64,000 nucleotides of DNA from Lama glama (lineage: Eukaryota), in the NCBI GenBank assembly GCA_028534125.1, contig CM052816.1, forward strand, positions 31,064,001 to 31,128,000. The letters are read 5' to 3'. Of the stretch, positions 13,459-26,693 are shown piece by piece. The notes under the pieces are model-generated. The model had not been told where the DNA came from. It saw only the letters and a program-made list of their open reading frames with translations, and ran no database searches. The stretch's first letter is position 1; the number at the start of each line of letters is the position of its first letter. A program made the position numbers and the translations under genes.

Positions 13459-15474
13459 CTATAACACAAAAAGCAATCTATTGGCATACATTCAGGTATT
13501 CAAAACTCAGATTCTCAACAGAAGATTCACTTATTCTTCCTAGAATAAGAACTTGAGAGAAAAAAGGAAATCCATCGTTGAAAGAAATGGATGTGCTCAT
13601 AAATTTCAGTATCTTAAAATTATAGCACAGTTCATTATCTGGATCTTACCAAATAAAGTTTATTTTAAAAAAAAACAGTATTTTAAGTTCTATGACTTAT
13701 AGGAGATGAAAAAATAACAGAAATACCACAAAAAATGGACATTTAGAAAAAAAAAAACCCTACCAGGTAAAAACCCCAAAATGTTTACAATTAATAGTAA
13801 TTTCCATCTTCACTCATTCAAAAATATTTACTGAGTGTTAATCATGTGCTACACAGACAAAACAGTTCACATCCTCAGGTACGCTATACTCTGGTTAAAG
13901 ACACACAAAAAACAATTACTCAAATAATTTCCATTTTAATGAATTCTGCAAAAGTATGGCTTATTACAGTAGCATATATAAAGCAGGAAATTAAGTCCTT
14001 TTGATGATTTTAATATTTTCCAAAAATTATACACATAACTTTTGTAAGTAATATATAAAAGAAAGTTGTTAGCCATCTGATTATAAGCTCTGGAGAGTCT
14101 CCTTTCTTTCATTCCAAAATAATCTCCTTGATCTAAAGATTGGTTTTTCAAAGTATGAAAAACATACACTATTAGAACTGCTTTTGAGTGAAAATATTTT
14201 ATCCACACATACTAAAACCAACTTTCCCTGTTGCTGCCTCTCCCCAGCAGCTGTCTGGAGAAATTTCAGAACTTCCATGAGTCCCTGCCTTGGCAGCTCA
14301 GAATGACACACAACTATACTACACAACTGCCCAGCTGAAGGAGCATTAGACTCTAAGCTGGCATATTTTTGGTTTGAGGAGGCTAGCCACCAGAGCTCCC
14401 AGTCTCTACTACCTATTTTATGACTGAGAAAAGCATGAATCCAATTTGCCCATCATTCGCTCAAGAGCAATGTTTTTTATTTTAAATTTCCAGAATTTCT
14501 GTGACTACCATACACCTTCTTGAAATAATGACCTACAGTACCAGATTTTATCAATATGAAGAATATAATAATAGCATTTCTTATGTATAATCACTGAATC
14601 ACATGGTGCATTAAAATTAAAGGACATTTACAATTAACTTCCCAGTCTGTCAGTCTGATTCTTTTCATACACCAAACAAGCTGTTTTGACAAAACAGTGA
14701 CTGAGCACGCAGAAAAATAAACTTTAGTGTCCCTAATATATACAAGAAAGTTGAGATTTAAAAAAAAAAGGCAAAAAAAGGGACATTCTCAAGATCTTCA
14801 AGGGCATTATATTAACAAAGTGGTTCGGCATGAAGGGAGACAAGGGAACATTCATCTCCCCCATCCACTGACACATCAGACGTGCATCTTTAAGATCAGC
14901 TGGAGCTTAAAATATGTGAGCAGAAGAGGAAATGGAGAATACTAGCTATAAAACTAAGTTCCAAACAGATATTCAACATCGTGCTCCAACAATGACCCTG
15001 AACAGATAGGTATTAAAAGTTTAAGTCACTGTATTTGCTTCCGAACAACAGCAGTTTAACTCTGTACCAAAAGCAACTCACACATATCTGAGAGTTAGAG
15101 AAAGTAAAGGAGATATATTCATTTTTATCCTCTCAATGGGAGAAGATCAAGACCCATGTTTATAAAATTAGGTAGCAAGTGTCCAAGAAACAAATTTTAA
15201 ATGGAAAGTGAATGTTAATTTCTTCTATATATTTGAAGAGCATATGCTGTAAACATATATACACAAGTACAAGTTTCCTGCAGAAATTCCATCCTCCCTC
15301 AGTCTGAAGACCAAAGATGTACATAAATATATTTTGTCTTGTATCATTTTGCATGTGTTTAAGAAGGTAGCAACCAAGTCAGGGAAACAAAGAACACCTG
15401 TATTGAATGCCTGCATCGTACACTTTTGGACTGATTTATACACCATTTCATACTCTTTCCTGAGGTTTACTGTA

Positions 15475-15722
15475 ATAGGTCAAAGGGACGGACTCTGAAA
15501 CTAGGCTGTCTTACTAGCGAGCTATGCAGCAAATTACTCAACTGGTCTCTGTCTCGGTTTCCTCATGGATAAAATAAGGACAGATGACAACAGTACCTAC
15601 TCCCTAAGGTTGCGGTGAGGACCAGATGAGTTACTACTGCAAAGCCATTAGAACAGCGCCAGTCACAGAGGGAGCGAGCTAACTGTGAACAGCACACACC
15701 GCAGAATGTAGCTGCTACTGTT
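15475..15722 (+). mobile_element. MIR SINE
   Basis: MIR core (aattactcaac ... tctctgtctcggtttcctcat ... taaaat ... agtacctac ... ggttgcggtgagga). Similar MIRs at about 8160-8395 (+), 36420-36640 (+) and 40915-41110 (-). Confidence 0.75.
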
Positions 15723-17175
15723 ATCCTCGTTGTCCCTCTGTTTCTCCTGATACAAAACAAATTCCTTACGGGCAAGAATTGAGAGAACCTACGTTCATTT
15801 TGCGTTTCCCACAGCAAGGGAAAAATGAACTCCAAGAAGAGCTACTGAGTGCCAACTCTAGGTATCAATGTATTAGGTACGGGAAACAGAACATGAGTAA
15901 GACGACATGTAATGTAGTCACGGTCAGAGAAAGACCCTGTAATCATGAAACAAACACGATGCAGTACTTAAGTCAGACGAGAGTGAACTAAGCCTTTCAG
16001 ACGCACAGAAGAGAGAACGAACTGCTGAGAGTGGGACTGTAAAGCCCCTGAAAGATGAACAGTTTATTCACCAAAAAAGGGAAGATATTACAGGTAAGGG
16101 AAAGAGTACACATACACAGACACACAGCTGAAAAAGCTCATGGTACATTCTAGTAAAAGAGCATGGTCTAGGGTGACTGAAGCACTTGCAAAGTGGGGGG
16201 AATACAGGTTGTACCTACATGATAATGTCATTATAATACAATGTTAAGGAATATGAACTTTTTCCCATGAGCAACGGAAACTTACTGATGGTTATGAACA
16301 CTGTAAAGATGTAACCAACTCTTTTTTTTTTTTTTCAGGAAAAAATATTTGGAAAGATAAATGGAAGAGCATTATGGAGAAGTGACAGGAAGGGAGACGA
16401 CTATAAGCAGAGGTACCAGTTTGAAGGTAACCGTAGTCCACAGGAGCGATAATAAGGATCTGAACCAGGATTATCAAGAAAACATGGATTTGAGAGAGAT
16501 TTCAGGGCAGAAAGGCAGAGCCCTGGGACTGGCTTCTGGCCAGGAAAGAGAAGAGTCTGGGTTCTCGTTTAATGATGATGCTTGGCACCAGATAGAGCAG
16601 TTAGTGTGTTCTCCATAAACATGTGTTGAATGGAATTTAATTTTTATAACCTGATGAAGAAGTTCATTAAGATTGGTGACCAAGGAGTGAATTATTAAGC
16701 ATTAAGCAATATGTCCAAGATAACCACTGCCTTAAAATAAAAGTGGAAGAGAAAGAGTAAGTGAAAGATTGCATACTGGTTGATAACAAAACCACAGAAT
16801 TATTTTTAAGGGGAAGAATGAAATCATGATATCAGAATTTTCCCAAAGCATATTCCACAGAACCTTAGTCTCCAAATATATACTATGATAAAACAGTTCC
16901 ATAGTCAAAATACATTTGGAAAAATTTGCACACAATATCCACCCATAAATCCTTACTATAAATACTACCATAAAATATACCCTGAAAAGTTCCATGATAA
17001 AAAGAGTTAATTTTAATGAAGACAGAATTTTCCAATCTTGTGACCATGGGACATTATCAAGTTTTCTCCAGACCCAGCATTCCCGAGGGCATGCTGGAGA
17101 ACGATACTTTGCAAAAAGTTCTCCAAGTAGAAACACAGAGCTCCCGTGGAATCACAGGGACATCATTACAAGCTA

Positions 17176-17385
<210 letters not shown>

Positions 17386-18656
17386 TCAAGTTTGAGCGAA
17401 ATAAAGAAAAACAGATGACGGCCAGCAAAGAAAGCAGGACATTTCCAGAAGATGCCTCCGGAAAGTACTTCTGTTGAAAAGATCTATTTGGCAAATTTTC
17501 TCTTTCTTCTGGGCAAAGCGAACTAGTAGGGGAAGCTTGCACTCTGTGAGGAATGGTATTATTTTAGGAGTGGGTGTTTAAGTGTCCACTTAACTCAAAA
17601 TGGAACTCTGAAAACGGGGTGGGGGGAGGAGTGACAATTACACCAAAAATAGAAAAGTTTGCTGCATGGCAGATAATTGAATAAAAAATACTACACACAG
17701 TATCAGTGCGGTCACTAAGCACAATGTTGTTTTAAAATGCTGCTTCAGTAGTAATAATCAACTGTAAATTATGTGGTAAGAACAATTCTACTGTACCATA
17801 CTGGGCAGGGTTTACTGATGCAGTGTGTGTTACCCAGGACATGGGTGTGAGGAAAGGAACTGGCTGGCACAACTCAAGGAATCAAGGAAGGAAAAACTTT
17901 AAAATGACAACTCTCTTCTTCAAAATGATTCCTGTCCAATCCAGGCGCAAAAAAGTTACTTTCCAACCTCAATTATTTGCCCACACACTTCCGCACTTTT
18001 TCTGCATCCACACACCAACTGCACTACTACTTATTTTTCATTAAATAGAGTCATTGTTACTTGAATAATTTTAAGAGAATTTTATATCACCATCATGGAC
18101 AGCCGACTTTACCTACCGTGAGCAGTAATGAACTAAATAAATAAATGAACAAAAAACAAGTAAAATGAAAACAAAAGCAATGTGGCCAGATTCTGGCTGG
18201 GTACTGTAACCAGCAGACACTCCTGGCCTGAGGCCTATTCTACCTTGATTGAAAAGGGGCAGTAACACGTGTTAGGTATTAAAGACCAACCCGCACCAAT
18301 GAGAGTCTTTCTCATCATCAGAAAGACTGAAAGAGAACCGAACACGTAACGGACTATCTTTCCACGTGATTTCAGTGCTACCTTCCTCCCCCAGGTGGCT
18401 TGGGTACTTCTGAGCCCACCCTCTGGGAACGTGACACCGACCACACACCGTCGCGCCGACCTCAGCCGCCACAGGCACACTGTGAGCCCGCGGGCGTGAA
18501 CCACGGTGCGGCGGAGGCGCCCGCAGCGCAGGCCCGCGCTTAGGTCCCCGCAGCCCCGCGCCCACCCCTGGGGCCCCGCCCCCCCGACCCCCGGCCGCGG
18601 CGACAGACCGCAGGGGCATCCCTGCGCCCGCCCTGCCGGTGCCCAGCCGGGACTAC

Positions 18657-18697
18657 CTGGGGCTCTCCCGCAGGATCAGCGCCGCCGACGCAGCCAT
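18657..18697 (-). CDS. COMMD10: COMMD10 coding exon 1 (MAASAALILRESP+2 nt)
   Basis: ATG at 18697 inside a CpG island; 41 nt followed by donor GTAGTC; matches the remembered COMMD10 N-terminus MAVPAALILRESPS; phase 2 joins exon 2. Confidence 0.95.
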
Positions 18698-18712
18698 CCT
18701 CGGCGCTCCCTC

Positions 18713-18714
<2 letters not shown>

Positions 18715-18744
<30 letters not shown>
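18715..18744 (-). repeat. (GGC)10 trinucleotide repeat, probably in the COMMD10 5'UTR
   Basis: Ten perfect GCC units on the + strand, 17 nt upstream of the ATG. Confidence 0.95.
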
Positions 18745-18746
<2 letters not shown>

Positions 18747-21700
18747 TCAGCTGCCGGGAGCCTAGCCAATGGCGGCCGCGGCGGACGGAAAGCCGGAAGG
18801 CCCAAGCCGCGCCGCGCCCGCGCCCGCGCTGCGGGCCTGGAGGGGCCGAGGGGCGTCCCCGCCGTCCTCCCCGCCGCTCTCGGGGTTCCGAGTGAAGGCT
18901 GTGCTCATAGCAACTTACTTATACGTATGCACATCCCTGGATCTGGAGTGTGGACTTTTTATGTATTATGTGTGCAATGTGTGTGTATAAACATTTTTAG
19001 GCATGTGTATACATACGCATACATTTTCCTTGGGGGAAATGGTAAAGTTTAAGCACTGCCTGCAGTGTCTGGAAAGCGATCTCCGAAGGAGCCCTGAGCC
19101 CCCAGGCCCCCTGTATCTGCATCCCTGGAGCTCCGCAGTGCTCCACGCGGAGCCTGTGCCGTGGACATTTATTCGTTCAGTTCTGTTCTCCGAGCGCCTG
19201 CTGTGTGCCAGGCACTGTGCTAGACACGCGAGATACAAAAGATTGACATTCCGGCCCTCTGGGTTTGCCAGCAGTTCAGATGGACAAGTACCCGTGGTGC
19301 CTGTCTTTGGGGCCCAGCACTGAGCTAGTTACTGCACAGCAGGGGAGACGAATCGCAGCAGGGACTTCAATTAAGAATCTCACAAGAGAGCAGAGAGATG
19401 ATGCGGGTTCAGAAATACCGTTAGTCTTCCTTAGACAAAAACATGTGGTGCATTAAGGATTCGGAGTTGGAAACAGTGACACAGCCTCCAACGTTAGGGT
19501 CAGGAAGCTTCCTGGGGCAGATGGCATTAAGACTTTATATGATAGAGTGTGTGGCATGTGCACTTAATCTGATGAGAAGTGGAGAGCCATTAAATGTTTT
19601 CAAGTAAAGGAATTTTTGTGATGAGAGCTAGGTTTTGGGGGGAGGGTTGTTTGTTTTTTTAAGATCTGTCAGCAGAATGATTATTGGATGGTAAAGTTGT
19701 AAGCAGGACAGCCAGATAGGGAACTATTGCAATAATCTATGGAAAGCAGTAAAATCCTTGGTAGTAAACTGGCATTGGAGAATGAAAAGATAGAAGATGA
19801 ATTAGAGCTTACATTGCAACTGTAGAATCTTCAGGAGCTGAGAAAAGATTAGATTTAATTTTCCTACCTAATTATGTTTTACTTAAATTATTATTTAAAT
19901 TAGTTGGCATTCCTAGAGCAGCCCAGAAACATCCTAACTGAAAGGAGAAGCCAGATTGTAAATTAAAAGTGAATAATCCCCACATGGATAATTGAGTTAA
20001 TTATACAGTGTGTTGAACACATACAAATACATTTGGTTCCACAACACTCCACACATTTCCCAATTTATATAGTATCTGAAAAAGATGTCTGTGAATCTAC
20101 ATAAATTATGGGTCTCTGATACAAACACAGATTACCTTACCCGGCACAATTTTAATAGGGCCCCAGTCCCCTCAACATTAAAACCATTTCCCTTTTGTCT
20201 TGATGCATTGCCTGAAGGAGAGCCCACTAGCCAGCTAAAACTATTTTGAATCTCTAGTGATGTTTACCTCTTCCCTCAGTTTCCTTCAAAACCATACCTG
20301 GGCTTTTGAGCAAAAGAACAGCCAGATGGTTTGAGCCCTGAATCTGTGCGACCTGAAGCAAAGCACTTTCCCTCACCAAGTTTCCTATTCCTGATCTGCA
20401 AGATGGAGGTGAGAATAATGTCTGCTCCTCTGGGCTGAGGTGAGAATGAAACAGGCTGATATATACGTGCAAGAATCACGCTACCTTCCCTTAGAGAACA
20501 AAGCACAGACTTCCAAGGTTTTAGCCAGAGTGTCCAGTGGACGCAGAGAGCTCTCACTCTATTTCTCTTCATTTTCACTGATGGGGTGGTCACTTCTTAC
20601 TACTTGTTCCTATGAAAGCTTGATGCAGTGAATAATTTCACCCCTTAAAGGAGACCCTCAGCCAAAATATTTCTGTAGTCTCTGGAGTGCAGGCATACAT
20701 AACCATGGAAAAGTCCTTATTGTCGTCTACCTGTTGCCACCTGCTAGAAAGCAGGAGAGGTACCTCCTGGGGGTGTGCCTCCTTAACCACACTTGACTCC
20801 TAACCCCTAAACCTGTGAATCCAACTTTTTGATGGATCCAAAGCCCAGATCTCCTGCCCCTGATCTCTTTTGGCTACTAAACCTGAATGCCCCAAAGTTT
20901 CTTCCATACCCTTGCCTTTATTGCAAACTTCTACCAAGTCCACCTTTTTTTAATATTCTGTGTTAGACTGGGTTCTCTAGAAAACGACCTGAGTTACATG
21001 CTGAGGGTTCATTGGAGGGCTGTAATTGTCAGGAAGTAGGAGTGAGGGCAAAGGGAAGGGAGGAAGGAGGAAAGCAAATACAAAATGGCATGTTCTCCAG
21101 CTGTTTACAGCTTCAAAACCTGGCTAATTTCTCAGAGAGACTATTTCAGGTTCCTGCATATTGCAATAGCCAAGAGGTGGCTGTGGGGAGTGGGGAAGAT
21201 TTTGTCTGCAGACTCTTTCCAATTGGCTGTCTTTCGTTGGATAAAAGTTGTCCTATGGCTCAAACCTCCCCTGTTTTCCTGGGGTGTGTCACCTGGCGCC
21301 TCTAGGCAGCCACTGGAATATTCAGAGCTTCCATGAGTCGAGCAAAGTAAGAACTAAGTCCTGGAGCTGAAGGAGAGAGCCCACAGCCCAATCCCTGCCC
21401 ACAGCCCCCTCCCACCTCCAAAGTCTCCTCCTCTACCCCGTCCCTCCAAGGGTGGCAGCAAATAGTAGAGGCTTTAAGACGATGAAAACAGTTCAGAGTT
21501 CCCAGAAGTCACTTTATGGGAAAATCACACAGTGCACTGAAGCCAAGGATGCAGTGGGGTGAGCACGTAGCTTGGGGACAGTTTTACTCGTTGAGTAGAA
21601 TCTCAGCATGAGTTGCCTGAGCCCTGAGTGTCTGAGCTCTTTATTGAAACAACTTTTTCGACTCACGTATGCCTAGTTGTTTTACCAAAATCTATCAGGG

Positions 21701-24049
21701 CAGAGGTTAGAGTGAGGCTGGGGACAGCCCTCCTCCGTGCCCTTGGAACTAGGTGTGACCTTTATCCTGCTTGGAGCCCACCTTTTTGACGGGTTCCCTC
21801 TCAAGGGCCCCACGGCAGTATCCTGCAGAATAGCCTCAGTCCGCACCCTCCGTCTCCCCACCAGCATGATTTATATCTTCCACACTCAATGATGTAAAGC
21901 CAAGGTCTGGACCTCTTTTTTCCCAGAAGTTTCCTCCAATGCTTAAGTAAACCCTGGGTACACCAAGGAACCTTGCCCAAATCCATTCCTGAACATTCCA
22001 GCCACAAATGCAAATGATTATCTTTGGAGGAAGGGTAACACCCGCTCACCCACGAGAACAGCATCTGAGCCCCAGGAACCCAGTCCAGCCGAAATGACCT
22101 TCTAAAGTCAGCTCTTGCCACATATTGTCAAATTGAGGGACACGGTCACTTTCTTACCTATCCAGATGTTTCTGGCAGTAAGTTAGCTAAGTATCTGGCC
22201 CAGGCCCTTCGCACTGTGAATGTATGTAGTGCCACTGCTCATCTTGAGTTTCTCAGGTGAACTCCCAAAGGGAGTCCAGTGTCACATGAGGGCAGAGGGC
22301 TAGAGCGCCTGCTATCCATCCTCTATCCCCAGACGACCAGCAAACACAAAAGTCACATCCAACTGCTGTGTCACATCCGCTTGCAGAAGCCCGTGGCCCA
22401 GTTTTCCTGCCTGCCACCTCCCCCTACCCCCTGCACACCCGGACTCAGTCACAATTTCTAGTCCTTTTTTAGCTCTGTAGTTGGCACTTGCCTCATAAGT
22501 GTGAGCAAATCAATTGGGGTGTAACTGAAGAACCCCCTTCTAGATGGTGAACATGTAATTTTCATCCCACATTTTCTCCCCAGATTCTCAGGGGAATGAA
22601 GTTTTAAAATCACATAGTTTCATCTATGAGTTGGTTAAGCAAATGTTCCCATTTAATGTGAGATACATTAGGAAACAAGGAAGCATGTACATAAACTATT
22701 GTCTGAGTGTTTGCATTGCAAGGCTGGGATGTGGAAAGAAAGCAAAAAGCTTAGGGAAACAAACAAACAAAGGAATAGTATGAAGGCTGCAGGCCACATC
22801 TGCCCGTTCAAAACAGTATTTATGTTCACTCACCCTTGACTGAGTGGAGGGTGGGGGAGGGTAACAAGGGAAACTTTTATTAAAATGTAGGAAAAATATA
22901 CATTGTGATATGTGACTAGATACTTTGTAATGTATTGTCAAATGTAAAGTCGAAAACCATCTCAAATTATCATCGCTCCATTCTAATTTGCACCTAGTTT
23001 CCTCCCTTCAACCTCTCAAAGGCCTGTGCCATTAACAGAACTGACACTTACACATAGGATGTGTCAAAGATCAGGCGGTTTCTTCAGTAATTTTCACCGG
23101 TGAGCATCGTTGGAAAAGAATTAGATGGTGCTTCCCACAGAGACATGCCCATGGAGGTGCAATTCCAGGTTCCCTTTTACCCCACGACTAGTAAAGGAAA
23201 TAAAATAGTAAACACCACGAAGAGGCAACAGAAAAGGAAACCCACCCGTCAACAGCAAACAAACATGGGAAGTAGCATCATGTAATCACATGCTTGGAAG
23301 ACAAGAACAGAGAGAGCGTCTGCCTCGGCTAAGCTGGGTCCCAAAGGTGAGCCCCAAACTGCTGGAACAGTGCTAGGGAAAGACAGTGTCCACCAAGCCC
23401 GGAGAGTTCTCCTTACACCCCCAGTTTGAGGGGGGCAGGAGGGGAGGAGACTAGTCAGCCAAGGGGAAGTCGCGGGACATTCCTGGAGAATACAGGTCTG
23501 TGAAGGCAGATGCCAGCCTCCGTGGGAGGTGGAGGAAATGCCAGAAGTCGGTCTTTTGGTGCATTTGGGGGAGGGGAAAAGTAGAGCACTAATGCAAAAC
23601 ACCCCACAAAGCTAGATCTAATATCCCAAATGATGAATGCAGGGCTGGAAATTGGAAGAGGAAATGAGAAAAGATATCCCGAGGCAAAAAGCCAGTGGAA
23701 AAGGTTCCATCAGAGCTGCAATGAAACTAGCCTTTCCTCAACCTCCCCACCTCAGTGTTAACACTGGCTGAAAGCCCGGGCACCCCGTCCTTCCCCTGTA
23801 ACTAACTAATGAAATAGGAAGGTGAACAACCAGGGCTCAGGAGGGATCAGAGGGCCTGGGGCCCCACAATGAATGTAGGGCTGACCTGAAGCCTGGGGTG
23901 GCCCCCCTCAGAGACTGGATGTATCCCACCAAGGGGAGTGAATCCAGACACAGGACAATTAAGGAAACCTCAGAGATGAGAAAGTGAAAATTAAATTAAA
24001 TCCACCAACAAATGCTCCCCTCAGCCCCAGCTTCTCCATAAGCTTTTGT

Positions 24050-24085
24050 AAAAAAAAAAAAAAAAGAGAGAGAGAGAGAGAGAGA
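24050..24085. repeat. A16(GA)10 compound simple repeat
   Basis: Seen directly. Confidence 0.9.
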
Positions 24086-26547
24086 AAGTAGGTAGAATGC
24101 AATTCTGAGCAATCTAGCTGGCATCCTGGAAGGGAAAACACATCTCATGGTAACAGACAAAGGAGCTAAGGAGATTGGGCGCCACAGCAGAGACAGCAGA
24201 GGTCTGAGCAGAGCTGTCCACGCTAAATATGGGTGAGGAGGAAGGGCAGGGCAACTGCGCACCCATCCTACGGAAAAATACTTGACAGAGAGGTAGACAG
24301 CATACAAGAAACAGACCAAAAGCTCAATCTGGAATAAAATATAACCTAAGACAGAGAGGAAAACGCCAAGTGAATGCTCAAGATAGAACTTAATACGAAA
24401 ATAAATTCAGTGGAACAAGAGCTCAAAGACAACTTGATGAAACAACAAAGTTAGATGTAAAAGGCATGGCAAAACCGAAGAAAGAAACTGAGGACCAAAA
24501 GCACATCATTTCCTAACTGATGCATGAATACACTGAGACAAACAGGCTCAACATAACTGCAAATTGAATTATTGAGAAAAAAACAAAGGGATAAGATACA
24601 GAAATTCACAATGAGAATCCGAGTAGCTTCCCGCAGTGGCTCAGTGAATGGTGGGAAGAGCCGGGAACCTCACGTGCTCACTCAAGACCAGCGCTCTGAA
24701 CCGCTGCGCTGCTGAGAGAACCTCTGACTAACGAGGACGGTGTGAGTGGGTGAAGACAGAACCTTTACAATGAAACAGTAACAAAAAGGCCACTAAAGAG
24801 ACTGGGGAAAAAATAGTCAGCGAGGAAGGAGGGGTCCAAAACAAGGGTGGAGACAGTTTCAAAAAGCAGAGCGTGGCCCGCAGAGTCAAATACCAAGAGG
24901 AGATCAAACAAAAAGAAGATGCAAAGGTCCCTTGAGCTTCAGCCATGATGCTGCCAGTCCTTGCGGATCTGGGAAGGGCAGTTTGGGATGACTGGAGGGT
25001 TGGGTAGCCGATGCTAGATCAGTGAGTTGAGAACAGAATAAATGACAGAGAAAAGGACACAGTGAGTGTTGGGTATTATTTCTAGACGTTTGGCTGTTCA
25101 GATAAGAGGAAGCGTCAGTAGACACAGGGTCAAAGAGGGACTTTCCTACAGTAGGTTTTGCTTTGGTTTTCCTAAGGAGGGAGCGACTTGAGCGTGGGTG
25201 ATGTGTGGGTGTTGAGCTGACCTGCTCACTTCTATTCCACATTTTTTGCAACAGCCCCTGATTTTACTAGAGCCAACCCCCGCCTCCCACTCTGCTGTCT
25301 TGGACTGCTCAAGTGGGTGGGTTCTGACCTCCCATAAGACCATTCAACACTTTCCGCAGGGACTTTAGAACGTGAGTGACTGACACCAGGACAAATCGAT
25401 GGTTAAAGCTGATTCACCCTTGTGATGATGAGTCCAGCTCTGGGTTCACAAAATCTGTGTGACTTTTCAGGCCTGACCTAGGCAATTACAAGAGCCCTCC
25501 TGGAGGCCTCATGGGGAGGCCGCCCTCCCCACTCCGGTGCACAGCCAGCGCACTGCAGTCTCCGAGGGGGGCTGCAGTCAAGGGCTCAGGCCTCTGATCT
25601 TGGTGCTTCATGTCACTGCATCCCTAGCCCGGTGCCTTCTACTCTTGGTCTCTCTATCCAAGGCCTCTGGCAGACCTCCACTGAGGTCTCCCTCTCGGGA
25701 GGAGAAGGGAATCGTGAAGACATCTTTCTCCACTCGGACTTAATACCCAGTCCTCGTCCACCCCCCAGCCCTCACCCCCTCACCCTGCCCCCATCCCAGG
25801 GTCCATAAAACTGCAGGAGCTCTTTTGTGCAGCGCTGGTTGACAGACACGAAGATGAACCCCACGATGATCCACCTGACCCTCCACCGTGAGGAAAGGGG
25901 AACAGGAGAGTCATGCTGTCTGGCTTTAGACTCTTGCTCACACTATATGATCGCAGGGATTAAAGGCTTAACTCTTTCCTTTTTGGCTCTTTCTTTCAGC
26001 AGCTGCTGGGCCACCTGACAACTCAGCACCTTCTCCCAGCTTAGCTGAGCTCCTGACAACTGGTCCAGAGGACACTGTCCACCATGCATTGCTCCCCAGC
26101 TCCATAGAGCTGCCCGGACACCTGTCCTGCCCCAGGTGGGCTCTTGTACATTTCCTTGCTCGTGGTAGTCTCTTTTTTGGCTTAAATTAGCCCAAACTGT
26201 TTGCAGCTGAAAAGTCTTAGCTAACATAAACTTGCCTACATGCTGATCATGAAAAGCCAATAAAGACTAAGAGTTCAAAGATATGGAATAGAAGGAGGAG
26301 AAATAGTAACAATTAATACAGTGGGGCTCCTGAAGAATCAGGGAAAATGGGATCCAGAGGTCACTCCAGTAGATGGGTTTTTGACAGGAGAGAAACTTGT
26401 TCCACTGAACTGAGAGGAATTGAGGCAACAAAGGGATAGAGATTTTTATGAAGATTTGGGGCAGGGTAGGTAATCAGGATGTCAAAGTTATCTGTGTTGG
26501 ATGACTTCTTTCTAAGAAAGAGGAAACATTGCTGAGAAGATGGAGAG

Positions 26548-26693
26548 ACTATATTCTATATCTTGTAAGAACCTTTAAGGAAAAAGAATATGAAAACAAA
26601 TATACGTATGTATATGCATGACTGAGACATGATGCTGTACACCAGAAACTGACACATTTTAACTGACTGTATTTCAACTAAAAAAAAAAAAAA
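26548..26693 (+). mobile_element. Short L1 3'UTR fragment with poly(A)
   Basis: actatattc ... gctgtacaccagaaactgacaca ... A-tail; same family as the 31402 and 35226 copies. Confidence 0.8.

Larger units (their letters stand above)
18430..18900. promoter_or_regulatory. CpG island / COMMD10 promoter
   Basis: Very GC- and CpG-rich island in AT-rich surroundings, spanning exon 1. CCAAT at 18766-18770 overlaps a YY1-like AATGGCGGC; tandem ETS cores CGGAA (18786) and CCGGAAG (18793). Confidence 0.9.

Noticed and set aside
18235..19323. Multiple overlapping 90-137-aa ORFs at the CpG island
   Set aside because: Stop-poor GC-rich DNA; only the 41-nt COMMD10 exon has splice and homology support.
24660..24712. 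Pol III A-box-like sequence on the minus strand
   Set aside because: Looks like a decayed MIR head; no B box or cloverleaf.
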